Below, piece by piece: positions 28,282 through 41,800 of a stretch of DNA of 64,000 nucleotides. Position 1 is the first letter of the stretch. Each line of letters starts with the position of its first letter. Both the position numbers and the translations under genes were made by a program. This stretch comes from Haplodiscus bocki (Eukaryota), in assembly GCA_965655095.1 (NCBI GenBank), contig OZ296650.1:19468001-19532000 (forward strand), in the 5' to 3' direction. The notes beneath the pieces were generated by a model. It did no database searches and was not told the origin of the DNA. It was given only the letters and a program-made list of their open reading frames with translations.

Positions 28282-31200
28282 TAAGTTAATGAAGTGCTTA
28301 CTCAAATTTAGAAGTCCCAATGATCACAATTGTTTTCTATACTGCTTTATCGCTGCATGGATTTCAAAATATGGTCCATCGCTGCAGCCACCTGGTCAAG
28401 ATATGCGTCGGTGGAAAACAAACCCGAGCACGTAATCCCCTCTAACCCGCTGGCTCATCAACCAAAATGTGAATTTGAAATGCCGATGGGAATTTGACAG
28501 ATGTCGAGATTTGAAGAAATGAATCCCTACAGAATCAACGCGTTGGATTATGGAAAGAAGGAACTGGTACCCATTCGTGTCAGCAAGAAATGCGATACTG
28601 ACTTTGACGTTGACCTTTTCTTATTTGAGGATGGTCTAACTCATCTTTATGGGCTCATAACCAACCTAGAAAACTTAATCTGCCGCGTAAATGGTTGAAC
28701 TCTGTCGTCGAGAGATTGTCTCTGCCGAAATTGCTTTCATTTATGTTCTTCAAAGGAATCAAAGGAGCGACACATTGTGGGGTGTTTCAGCAATCAACCT
28801 GCTTTGTTACAAATGCCAAAGCCATGCAAAAACAAACTCAAGGTCACAAAGATTCAAGCTCGTTGGTTCGCTCCAATAGTTCTTTACTTCCACTTGTAAT
28901 ACCTCATTCAACCGGTTTCCAATTGTTTACAGGATGGTGGAAAAGCCGCTACCATTGAAATACACAAAGCTGGTGGGTTTTTCTCAGAAGGGCTTGAGCA
29001 TGGTAACCGTACACCAGTGTTAATTCAAGTTGAAAGGTCCGGAGTTTGCATGCGGAAATTAGTTGTGGCATTGAAAGGAATTGCGCAAGATGTGCATGGT
29101 CAAAAGCATTCCCACAAGTATTTCAACGATTTTATTCCTGAAAAACCCCAGACCTCTCGAAAGTGCTGGATGTGCGACGGCTTCTTTGTTGAAGAAAGTC
29201 AAGTATATAAAGTGCTAGACCATTGTCACTACGGTGGAGACTTCCTCGGCTATACACACAACGAATGCAGTCTCGAAAGAAGAACGCTCAACTTCATTCC
29301 AATGATAGCACATAGTCTCTCCAACTACGACCTACACCATTTGTTCAAAAAACTTAATCGGTTTCGGGGCAGAATGGAAAATGGCAGTTATTCCATCAGC
29401 GGACGAGAAATACATCACTTTGTCAGCAGTCGTACCAAAGTCAACGTACTAGAAGAACGGCGTAACAAAGATTGTATTTGAATATCTGAGGTTTGCTGTG
29501 TCCCTACGATTGATGTCGTCATCACTCGACAAATTGGTTACCTTCCTTCCAGTAGACAATTTCTCACACCTGCACAGCCATTTCAGGGACTATTCTGACG
29601 ACCAAAAGCGTCGATTGCACCGCAAAGGTGTCTATCCCTACACCTGTTTTGATGATCATGGTAAATTCATGGAGAAATATTTACCACCGTTGAACTGTTG
29701 AAATAATTCTCAACAGCAGGGAGAAGTAAGCATCGGTCAAGACGAATGGAATCAAGCTAATGAGGTGTTTGGTAGTTTTGATCGCAAAAACCTTGGAGAA
29801 TACCACGAGCTATTCTTAGAACAGACACTGTGTTACTAGCATGCGTGGTGGAGGATTCCCTAAAATGTGATGAGACCTCAAGTCAGTGAACTGCCTACTC
29901 AACATTAGCGGTCCCCATGATCACAATTGTTTTAGTTACTGCTTTATCGCTGCATGGCATTCAAAGTATGGTCCATCGCTGCAGCCACCTGGTCAAGATA
30001 TGCGTCGGTTGAAAACACCCGAGCATGTATTCCCCTCTAACCTGCTGGCTCTTCAACCAAAAGGTAAATTTGAAATGCCGATGGGAATTTGACAGATGTC
30101 AAGGTTTGAATAAATGAATCTCTACAAAATCAAGTTTTTGGAATACGGAAAGAAGGAGCTGGTACCCGTTCGTATCAACAAGAAATTCTATACTGACTTT
30201 GACGTTGACTTATTCTTATTGAAGGATGGTCTAACTCATCACTATGTGCTCAAAACCAACCTAAAAAATTTTTATCCGCCGCGTAGATGGTCGAACTCTG
30301 TCATCGACAGATTGTCACTGCCGAAACTGCTTTCATATATGCTCTTCAAAGGAATTATACGAGCGACACATTGTGAGCTGTTTGAACAATGAACCTGCAT
30401 TGATACAGATGCACAAGCCAGTGAAAAACAAAATGAAGGTCACAAAGATTCAACCTCGATGGTTCTCTCCAAAAATTTTTACTCCGATTTGTAGTCCCTC
30501 TTCCAACCGGTTTGCTGTTGTTTACAGGATGGTGAAAAATACACTAGCATTGAAATACACAAAGCTTGTGGGTTTTGCTTAGTGGGGTTTGAGCAAGGTA
30601 ATCCTACACCAGTTTTAGTTCATGTTGAAAGGTCAGAAGATTGCATGCGGAATTTAGTTGCGGCATTGAGAAGAATTGCGCAAAATGTGCATGGTCAAAG
30701 GCTTTCCCTCAAGTCTTTCAACGATTTTATTCCTGAAAGCCCCCAGACCTCTTGAAAGTGCTGGATGTGCAACGGCTTGTTTGTTGGAGAAATTCAAGTA
30801 GATAAAGTACTAGACCATTGTCACTACGGTGTGGAATTCCTCGGCTGTGCACACAACGAATGCAATCTCAAAAGAAAAACGCTCAACTTCTTACCAATGA
30901 TAGCACCTTATCTCTCCAACTACGACCTACACCATTTGTTCAAAGAATTTCATCGGTTCTGGGCAGAATGGAAAATGGAAGTTATTCCATCAACAAACGA
31001 GAAATACATCAATTTCGCAGCAGTCGTACCCAAGTCAACGTACTAGGACAAGAACGGCATAACAAAGACTGTATTTGAATATCTGAGGTTTGTTTTGTCC
31101 CTACGATTGACGTCGTCATCACTCGCCAAATTGGTTACCTTCCTTCCAGTAGACAACTTCTCATACCTGCACAGCCATTTCAGGGACTATTCTGACGACC

Positions 31201-34200
31201 AAAAGCGTCGATTGCACCGCAAACGTGTCTATCCCTACACCTATTTTGATGATCCTGGTAAATTCATGGAGAAATATTTACCACCGTTGAACTGTTGAAA
31301 AAATTCTCAACAGCAGGGAGAAGTAAGCATCAGTCAAGACGAATTGAATCATGCTAATGAGGTGTTTCGTAGTTTTGATCGCAAAAACCTTGGAGAACAC
31401 CACGAGCTATTCTTAGAACAGCCACTCTGTTACTAGCATGCGTGGTGGAGGAAATCCCTAAAATGTGTTATGAGACCTTAAGTCAGTGGACTGCTCACTC
31501 AACATTAGCGGTCCCCATCATCACAATTGTTTTAGTTACTGCTTCATCGCTGCGTGGCATTCAAAGTATTGTCCATCCGTGCAGCCACCTGGTCAAGATA
31601 TGCGTCGGTTGAAAACAAACTCCGGCACGAATTCTGCCTCTAATACGCTGGCTCATCAACCAAAAAGTGAATTTGAAATACCGATGGGAGTTTAAAAGAT
31701 GTCAAGTGTTGAAGAAATGAATCTCAAAATCAACTTTTTTGGATTGTGGCAACAAGGAACTGGTACCCAATCGTGGCAGTAAGAAATGCTATACTGGCTT
31801 GGACGTTGACTTATTCTTATTGGACGATGGTCTAACTCATCACTATGTGATCATAACCAACCTAAAAAACTTAATCTGCCGCGTAAATGTTTGAACTCTG
31901 TCATCGAGAGGTTGTCTCTGCCGAAACTGCTTTCATACATGTTCTTCAAAGGAATTATACGAGCGACACATTGTGAGCAGCTTCAACAATGAACCTGCCT
32001 TGATACAGATGCCAAAGCCGGAGGAAAACAATATGAAGGTCACAAACATTCAAGCTCGATGGTTCGCTCCGATAGTTATTTACTTCGATTTACAGTCCCT
32101 CATTCAACCGGTTTTCGGTTGTTTACAGGATGGTGAAAAAGCCACTACCATTGAAATACACAAAGCTTTTGGGTTTTGCTTAGTGGGGTTGAGCATGGTA
32201 ATCCTACACCAGTTTTAAATCAAGTTGAAAGGTCAGAAGATTGCATGCGGAAATTAGTTGTGGCATTGAAAAGAATTGCGCAAGATGTGCATGGTCAAAA
32301 GCATTCCCACAAGTATTTCAACGATTTTATTCCTGAAAGACCCCAGACCTCTCGAAAGTGGTGGATATGCGACGGCTTCTTTGTTGAGGAAAATCAATAA
32401 GATAAAGTGCTAGACCGTTGCCACTACAGTGGGGAATTCCTCGGCAATGCACACAACGATTGCCATCTCAAAAGAGAAACGCTCAACTTCATTCCAATGA
32501 TAGCACATAATCTCTCCAACTACGACCTACACCATTTGTTCAAAAAACTTCATCGGTTCGGGGCAGAATGCAAAATGGAAGTTATTCCGTCAATAGACGG
32601 GAATTACATCAATTTGTCAGCAGGCGTACCAATGTAAACGAACTAGGACAAGAACGGCAAAACAAAGACTGTATTTGAATATCTGAGGTTTGTTGTGTCC
32701 CTACGATTGATGTCGTCATCACTCGACAAATTGGTTACCTTCCTTTCAGTACACAACTTCTCATATCTGCACAGCCTTTTCAGGGACTATTCTGACGACC
32801 AAAAGCGTCGATTGCACCGCAAAGGTGTCTATCCCTACACCTATTTTGATGATCCTGGTAAATTCATGGAGAAATATTTACCACCGTTGAACTGTTGAAA
32901 AACTGAACAGCAGGGAGAAGTAAGCATCAGTCAAGACGAATTGAATCACGCTAATGAGATGTTTGGTAGTTTTGATCGCCTTGGAGAACACCACGAGCTA
33001 TTCTTAGAACAGACACTCTGTTTCTAGCATGCGTGGTGGAGGAGTTCCCTAAAATGTGTTATGAGAACCTTAAGTCAATGGACTGCTCACTCAACATTAG
33101 CGGTCCCCATGATCACAATTGTTTTAGTTACTGCTTCATCGCTGCGTGGCATTCAAAGTATTGTCCATCGGTGCAGCCACCTTGTCAAGATATGCGTCGG
33201 TTGAAAACAAACTCCGGCACGAATTCTGCCTCTAATACGCTGGCTCATCAACCAAAAAGTGAATTTGAAATACCGATGGGAGTTTAAAAGATGTCAAGTG
33301 TTGAAGAAATGAATCTCAAAATCAACGTTTTTGGATTGTGGCAACAAGGAACTGGTACCCAATCGTGGCAGTAAGAAATGCTATACTGGCTTGGACGTTG
33401 ACTTATTCTTATTGGACGATGGTCTAACTCATCACTATGTGATCATAACCAACCTAAAAAACTTAATCTGCCGCGTAAATGTTTGAACTCTGTCATCGAG
33501 AGGTTGTCTCTGCCGAAACTGCTTTCATACATGTTCTTCAAAGGAATTATACGAGCGACACATTGTGAGCAGCTTCAACAATGAACCTGCCTTGATACAG
33601 ATGCCAAAGCCGGAGGAAAACAATATGAAGGTCAGAAACATTCAAGCTCGATGGTTCGCTCCGATAGTTATTTACTTCGATTTACAGTCCCTCATTCAAC
33701 CGGTTTTCGGTTGTTTACAGGATGGTGAAAAAGCCACTACCATTGAAATACACAAAGCTTTTGGGTTTTGCTTAGTGGGGTTGAGCATGGTAATCCTACA
33801 CCAGTTTTAAATCAAGTTGAAAGGTCAGAAGATTGCATGCGGAAATTAGTTGTGGCATTGAAAAGAATTGCGCAAGATGTGCATGGTCAAAAGCATTCCC
33901 ACAAGTATTTCAACGATTTTATTCCTGAAAGACCCCAGACCTCTCGAAAGTGGTGGATATGCGACGGCTTCTTTGTTGAGGAAAATCAATAAGATAAAGT
34001 GCTAGACCGTTGCCACTACAGTGGGGAATTCCTCGGCAATGCACACAACGATTGCCATCTCAAAAGAGAAACGCTCAACTTCATTCCAATGATAGCACAT
34101 AATCTCTCCAACTACGACCTACACCATTTGTTCAAAAAACTTCATCGGTTCGGGGCAGAATGCAAAATGGAAGTTATTCCGTCAATAGACGGGAATTACA

Positions 34201-35160
34201 TCAATTTGTCAGCAGGCGTACCAATGTAAACGAACTAGGACAAGAACGGCAAAACAAAGACTGTATTTGAATATCTGAGGTTTGTTGTGTCCCTACGATT
34301 GATGTCGTCATCACTCGACAAATTGGTTACCTTCCTTTCAGTACACAACTTCTCATACCTGCACAGCCTTTTCAGGGACTATTCTGACGACCAAAAGCGT
34401 CGATTGCACCGCAAAGGTGTCTATCCCTACACCTATTTTGATGATCCTGGTAAATTCATGGAGAAATATTTACCACCGTTGAACTGTTGAAAAAATTCTG
34501 AACAGCAGGGAGAAGTAAGCATCAGTCAAGACGAATTGAATCACGCTAATGAGATGTTTGGTAGTTTTGATCGCCTTGGAGAACACCACGAGCTATTCTT
34601 AGAACAGACACTCTGTTTCTAGCATGCGTGGTGGAGGAGTTCCCTAAAATGTGTTATGAGAACCTTAAGTCAATGGACTGCTCACTCAACATTAGCGGTC
34701 CCCATGATCACAATTGTTTTAGTTACTGCTTCATCGCTGCGTGGCATTCAAAGTATTGTCCATCGGTGCAGCCACGTGGTCAAGATATGCGTCGGTTGAA
34801 AACAAACCCCGGCACGAATTCCGCCTCTAATACGCTGGCTCATCAACCAAAAAGTGAATTTGAAATACCGATGGGAGTTTCAAAGATGTCAAGAGTTGAA
34901 GAAATGAATCTCAAAATCAACTTTTATGGATTATGGTAACAAGGAACTGGTACCCAATCGTGGCAGTAAGAAATGCCTTACTGACTTGGACGTTGACTTA
35001 TTCTTTTTGGACGATGGTCTAACTCATCACTATGTGCTCATAACCAACCTAAAAAAACTTAATCTGCCGCGTAAATGTTTGAACTCTGTCATCGAGAGGT
35101 TGTCTCTGCCGAAACTGCTTTCATACATGTTCTTCAAAGGAGTTATACGAGCGACACATT

Positions 35161-35826
35161 GTGAGCTGTTTCAACAATGAACCTGCCTTGATACAGATGC
35201 CAAAGCCGGAGGAAAAGAATATGAAGGTCACAAACATTCAAGCTCGATGGTTCGCTCCAATAGTTATTTACTTCGATTTACAGTCCCTCATTCAACCGGT
35301 TTTCGGTTGTTTACAGGATGGTGAAAAAGCCACTACCATTGAAATACACAAAGCTTTTGGGTTTTGCATAGTGGGGGTTGGGCATGGTAATCCTAAACCA
35401 GTTTTAAATCAAGTTGAAAGGTCAGAACATTACATGCGGAAATTAGTTGTGGCCTTGAAAGGAATTGCGCAAGATGTGCATGGTCAAAAGCATTCTCACA
35501 AGTATTTCAACGATTTTATTCCTGAAACACCCCAGTCCTCTCGAAAGTGCTGGATGTGCGACGGCTTCTTTGTTGAAGAAAGTCAAGTAGATAAAGAGCT
35601 AGACCATTGTCACTACGGTGGGGAATTCTTCGGCTATGCACACAACAAATGCAATCTCAAAAGAAGAACGCTCAACTTCATTCCAATGATAGCACATAAT
35701 CTCTCCAACTACGACCTACACCATTTGTTCAAAAAACTTCATCGGTTCGGGGCAGAATGCAAAATGGAAGTTATTCCGTCAATAGACGGGAATTACATCA
35801 ATTTGTCAGCAGGCGTACCAATGTAA
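35161..35826 (+). pseudogene. Longest uninterrupted pPolB fragment in the array (221 aa: ExoI, EndoVII-like zinc finger, ExoII)
   Basis: The ORF reads VIYFDLQS...KCWMCDG...DHCHYGGEFFGYAHNKCNL...AHNLSNYDLH. The ExoI Glu position is Gln. Confidence 0.85.
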
Positions 35827-38800
35827 ACGAACTAGGACAAGAACGGCAAAACAAAGACTGTATTTGAATATCTGAGGTTTGTTGTGTCCCTACGATTGAT
35901 GTCGTCATCACTCGACAAATTGGTTACCTTCCTTTCAGTACACAACTTCTCATACCTGCACAGCCTTTTCAGGGACTATTCTGACGACCAAAAGCGTCGA
36001 TTGCACCGCAAAGGTGTCTATCCCTACACCTATTTTGATGATCCTGGTAAATTCATGGAGAAATATTTACCACCGTTGAACTGTTGAAAAAATTCTGAAC
36101 AGCAGGGAGAAGTAAGCATCAGTCAAGACGAATTGAATCACGCTAATGAGATGTTTGGTAGTTTTGATCGCCTTGGAGAACACCACGAGCTATTCTTAGA
36201 ACAGACACTCTGTTTCTAGCATGCGTGGTGGAGGAGTTCCCTAAAATGTGTTATGAGAACCTTAAGTCAATGGACTGCTCACTCAACATTAGCGGTCCCC
36301 ATGATCACAATTGTTTTAGTTACTGCTTCATCGCTGCGTGGCATTCAAAGTATTGTCCATCGGTGCAGCCACGTGGTCAAGATATGCGTCGGTTGAAAAC
36401 AAACCCCGGCACGAATTCCGCCTCTAATATGCTGGCTCATCAACCAAAAAGTGAATTTGAAATACCGATGGGAGTTTCAAAGATGTCAAGAGTTGAAGAA
36501 ATGAATCTCAAAATCAACTTTTATGGATTATGGTAACAAGGAACTGGTACCCAATCGTGGCAGTAAGAAATGCCTTACTGACTTGGACGTTGACTTATTC
36601 TTTTTGGACGATGGTCTAACTCATCACTATGTGCTCATAACCAACCTAAAAAAACTTAATCTGCCGCGTAAATGTTTGAACTCTGTCATCGAGAGGTTGT
36701 CTCTGCCGAAACTGCTTTCATACATGTTCTTCAAAGGAGTTATACGAGCGACACATTGTGAGCTGTTTCAACAATGAACCTGCCTTGATACAGATGCCAA
36801 AGCCGGAGGAAAAGAATATGAAGGTCACAAACATTCAAGCTCGATGGTTCGCTCCAATAGTTATTTACTTCGATTTACAGTCCCTCATTCAACCGGTTTT
36901 CGGTTGTTTACAGGATGGTGAAAAAGCCACTACCATTGAAATACACAAAGCTTTTGGGTTTTGCATAGTGGGGGTTGGGCATGGTAATCCTAAACCAGTT
37001 TTAAATCAAGTTGAAAGGTCAGAACATTACATGCGGAAATTAGTTGTGGCCTTGAAAGGAATTGCGCAAGATGTGCATGGTCAAAAGCATTCTCACAAGT
37101 ATTTCAACGATTTTATTCCTGAAACACCCCAGTCCTCTCGAAAGTGCTGGATGTGCGACGGCTTCTTTGTTGAGGAAAATCATTAAGATAAAGTGCTAGA
37201 CCGTTGCCACTACAGTGGGGAATTCCTCAGCAATACACACAACAATTGCCATCTCAAAAGAGGAACGCTCATCTTCATTCCAATGATAGCACATAATCTC
37301 TCCTACTACGACCTACACCATTTGGTCAAAAAACTTCATCGGTTCGGGGCAGAATGCAAATTGGAAGTTATTCCGTCAGTAGACGGGAATTACATCAATT
37401 TGTCAGCAGGCGTACCAATGTAAACGAACTAGGACAAGAACGGCAAAACAAAGACTGTATTTGAATATCTGAGGTTTGTTGTGTCCCTACGATTCATGTC
37501 GTCATCACTCGACAAATTGGTTACCTTCCTTCCTGTAGACATCTTCTCATACCTGCACAGCCATTTCAGGGACTATCCTGACGACCAAAAGCGTCGATTG
37601 CACCGCAAAGGTGTCTATCCTTACACCTATTTTGATGATCATGTTAAATTCATGGAAAAATGTTTACCACCGTTGAACTGTTGAAAAAATTCTCAACAGC
37701 AGGAAGAAGTAAGCATCAGTCAAGACGAATGGAATCACGCTAATGAGGTGTTTAGTTGTTTTGATCGCATAAACCTCGGAGATTACCACGAGCTATTCTT
37801 AGAACAGACACTCTGTTACTAGCATGCGTGGTGGAGGAGTTCCGTAAAATGTGTTATGAGACCTTAAATCATTGAACTGCGCACTCAACATTAGCAGTCC
37901 CAATGATCACAATTGTTTTAGATACTGCTTTTTCCGTGCATGGCAATCAAAGTCAGGTGCATTGCTGCAGCCACGTGGTCAAGATATGCGTCGGTTGAAA
38001 ACAAACCCGGGCACGAATTCCGCCTCTAGTCCGCTGGCTCAACCAAAAAGTGAATTTGAAATGCCGATGGGATTTTCACAGATGTCAAGAGTTGAAGAAT
38101 TGAATCTCAAAATCAACTTTTTGGATTTTGGCAACAAGGAACTGGTACCCAATCGTGTCAGTAAGAAATGCCATACTGACTTTGACGTTGACTTTTTTTT
38201 ATTGGAGGATGGTCTAACTCATCATTATGTGCTCTTAACCAACCTAAGAAACCTAATCTGCCGCGTAAATGGTTGAACTCTGTCATCGAGGGATTGACTC
38301 TGCCGAAACTGCTTGCATACATGTTCTTCAAAGGAATTATACCGGCGACACATTGTGAGCTGTTTCAACAATGAACCTGCATTGTTGCTGATGCCGAAGC
38401 CAGCGAAAAACAATAGGTCACAAGGATTCAAGCTCGATGGTTCGCTCCAATAGTTCTTTACTTCCACTTGTAATACCTCATTCAGCCGGTTTCCGAATGT
38501 TTACAGCATGGTGAAAAAGCCACTACCATTGAATTACACAGAGCTGGTGGGTTTTGCTTAGAGGGGCTTGAGCATGGTAACCGTACACCAGCGTTGATTC
38601 AAGTTGAAAGGTGCGAAGTTTGCATTCGGAAATTAGTTGTGGCCTTGAAAGGAATTGCGCAAGATGTGCATGGTCAAAAGCATTCTCACAAGTATTTCAA
38701 CGATTTTATTCCTGAAACACCCCAGTCCTCTCGAAAGTGCTGGATGTGCGACGGCTTCTTTGTTGAGGAAAATCATTAAGATAAAGTGCTAGACCGTTGC

Positions 38801-41800
38801 CACTACAGTGGGGAATTCCTCAGCAATACACACAACAATTGCCATCTCAAAAGAGGAACGCTCATCTTCATTCCAATGATAGCACATAATCTCTCCTACT
38901 ACGACCTACACCATTTGTTCAAAAAACTTCATCGGTTCGGGGCAGAATGCAAATTGGAAGTTATTCCGTCAGTAGACGGGAATTACATCAATTTGTCAGC
39001 AGGCGTACCAATGTAAACGAACTAGGACAAGAACGGCAAAACAAAGACTGTATTTGAATATCTGAGGTTTGTTGTGTCCCTACGATTCATGTCGTCATCA
39101 CTCGACAAATTGGTTACCTTCCTTCCTGTAGACATCTTCTCATACCTGCACAGCCATTTCAGGGACTATCCTGACGACCAAAAGCGTCGATTGCACCGCA
39201 CAGGTGTCTATCCTTACACCTATTTTGATGATCATGTTAAATTCATGGAAAAATGTTTACCACCGTTGAACTGTTGAAAAAATTCTCAACAGCAGGAAGA
39301 AGTAAGCATCAGTCAAGACGAATGGAATCACGCTAATGAGGTGTTTAGTTGTTTTGATCGCATAAACCTCGGAGATTACCACGAGCTATTCTTAGAACAG
39401 ACACTCTGTTACTAGCATGCGTGGTGGAGGAGTTCCGTAAAATGTGTTATGAGACCTTAAATCATTGAACTGCGCACTCAACATTAGCAGTCCCAATGAT
39501 CACAATTGTTTTAGATACTGCTTTTTCCGTGCATGGCAATCAAAGTCAGGTGCATTGCTGCAGCCACGTGGTCAAGATATGCGTCGGTTGAAAACAAACC
39601 CGGGCACGAATTCCGCCTCTAGTCCGCTGGCTCAACCAAAAAGTGAATTTGAAATGCCGATGGGATTTTCACAGATGTCAAGAGTTGAAGAATTGAATCT
39701 CAAAATCAACTTTTTGGATTTTGGCAACAAGGAACTGGTACCCAATCGTGTCAGTAAGAAATGCCATACTGACTTTGACGTTGACTTTTTTTTATTGGAG
39801 GATGGTCTAACTCATCATTATGTGCCCTTAACCAACCTAAGAAACCTAATCTGCCGCGTAAATGGTTGAACTCTGTCATCGAGGGATTGACTCTGCCGAA
39901 ACTGCTTGCATACATGTTCTTCAAAGGAATTATACCGGCGACACATTGTGAGCTGTTTCAACAATGAACCTGCATTGTTGCTGATGCCGAAGCCAGCGAA
40001 AAACAATAGGTCACAAGGATTCAAGCTCGATGGTTCGCTCCAATAGTTCTTTACTTCCACTTGTAATACCTCATTCAGCCGGTTTCCGAATGTTTACAGC
40101 ATGGTGAAAAAGCCACTACCATTGAATTACACAGAGCTGGTGGGTTTTGCTTAGAGGGGCTTGAGCATGGTAACCGTACACCAGCGTTGATTCAAGTTGA
40201 AAGGTGCGAAGTTTGCATTCGGAAATTAGTTGTGGCCTTGAAAGGAATTGCGCAAGATGTGCATGGTCAAAAGCATTCTCACAAGTATTTCAACGATTTT
40301 ATTCCTGAAACACCCCAGTCCTCTCGAAAGTGCTGGATGTGCGACGGCTTCTTTGTTGAGGAAAATCATTAAGATAAAGTGCTAGACCGTTGCCACTACA
40401 GTGGGGAATTCCTCAGCAATACACACAACAATTGCCATCTCAAAAGAGGAACGCTCATCTTCATTCCAATGATAGCACATAATCTCTCCTACTACGACCT
40501 ACACCATTTGTTCAAAAAACTTCATCGGTTCGGGGCAGAATGCAAATTGGAAGTTATTCCGTCAGTAGACGGGAATTACATCAATTTGTCAGCAGGCGTA
40601 CCAATGTAAACGAACTAGGACAAGAACGGCAAAACAAAGACTGTATTTGAATATCTGAGGTTTGTTGTGTCCCTACGATTCATGTCGTCATCACTCGACA
40701 AATTGGTTACCTTCCTTCCTGTAGACATCTTCTCATACCTGCACAGCCATTTCAGGGACTATCCTGACGACCAAAAGCGTCGATTGCACCGCAAAGGTGT
40801 CTATCCTTACACCTATTTTGATGATCATGTTAAATTCATGGAAAAATGTTTACCACCGTTGAACTGTTGAAAAAATTCTCAACAGCAGGAAGAAGTAAGC
40901 ATCAGTCAAGACGAATGGAATCACGCTAATGAGGTGTTTAGTTGTTTTGATCGCATAAACCTCGGAGATTACCACGAGCTATTCTTAGAACAGACACTCT
41001 GTTACTAGCATGCGTGGTGGAGGAGTTCCCTAAAATGTGTTATGAGACCTTAAATCATTGAACTGCGCACTCAACATTAGCAGTCCCAATGATCACAATT
41101 GTTTTAGATACTGCTTTTTCCGTGCATGGCAATCAAAGTCAGGTGCATTGCTGCAGCCACGTGGTCAAGATATGCGTCGGTTGAAAACAAACCCGGGCAC
41201 GAATTCCGCCTCTAGTCCGCTGGCTCATCAACCAAAAAGTGAATTTGAAATGCCGATGGGATTTTCACAGATGTCAAGAGTTGAAGAATTGAATCTCAAA
41301 ATCAACTTTTTGGATTTTGGCAACAAGGAACTGGTACCCAATCGTGTCAGTAAGAAATGCCATACTGACTTTGACGTTGACTTTTTTTTATTGGAGGATG
41401 GTCTAACTCATCATTATGTGCTCTTAACCAACCTAAGAAACCTAATCTGCCGCGTAAATGGTTGAACTCTGTCATCGAGGGATTGACTCTGCCGAAACTG
41501 CTTGCATACATGTTCTTCAAAGGAATTATACCGGCGACACATTGTGAGCTGTTTCAACAATGAACCTGCATTGTTGCTGATGCCGAAGCCAGCGAAAAAC
41601 AATAGGTCACAAGGATTCAAGCTCGATGGTTCGCTCCAATAGTTCTTTACTTCCACTTGTAATACCTCATTCAGCCGGTTTCCGAATGTTTACAGCATGG
41701 TGAAAAAGCCACTACCATTGAATTACACAGAGCTGGTGGGTTTTGCTTAGAGGGGCTTGAGCATGGTAACCGTACACCAGCGTTGATTCAAGTTGAAAGG

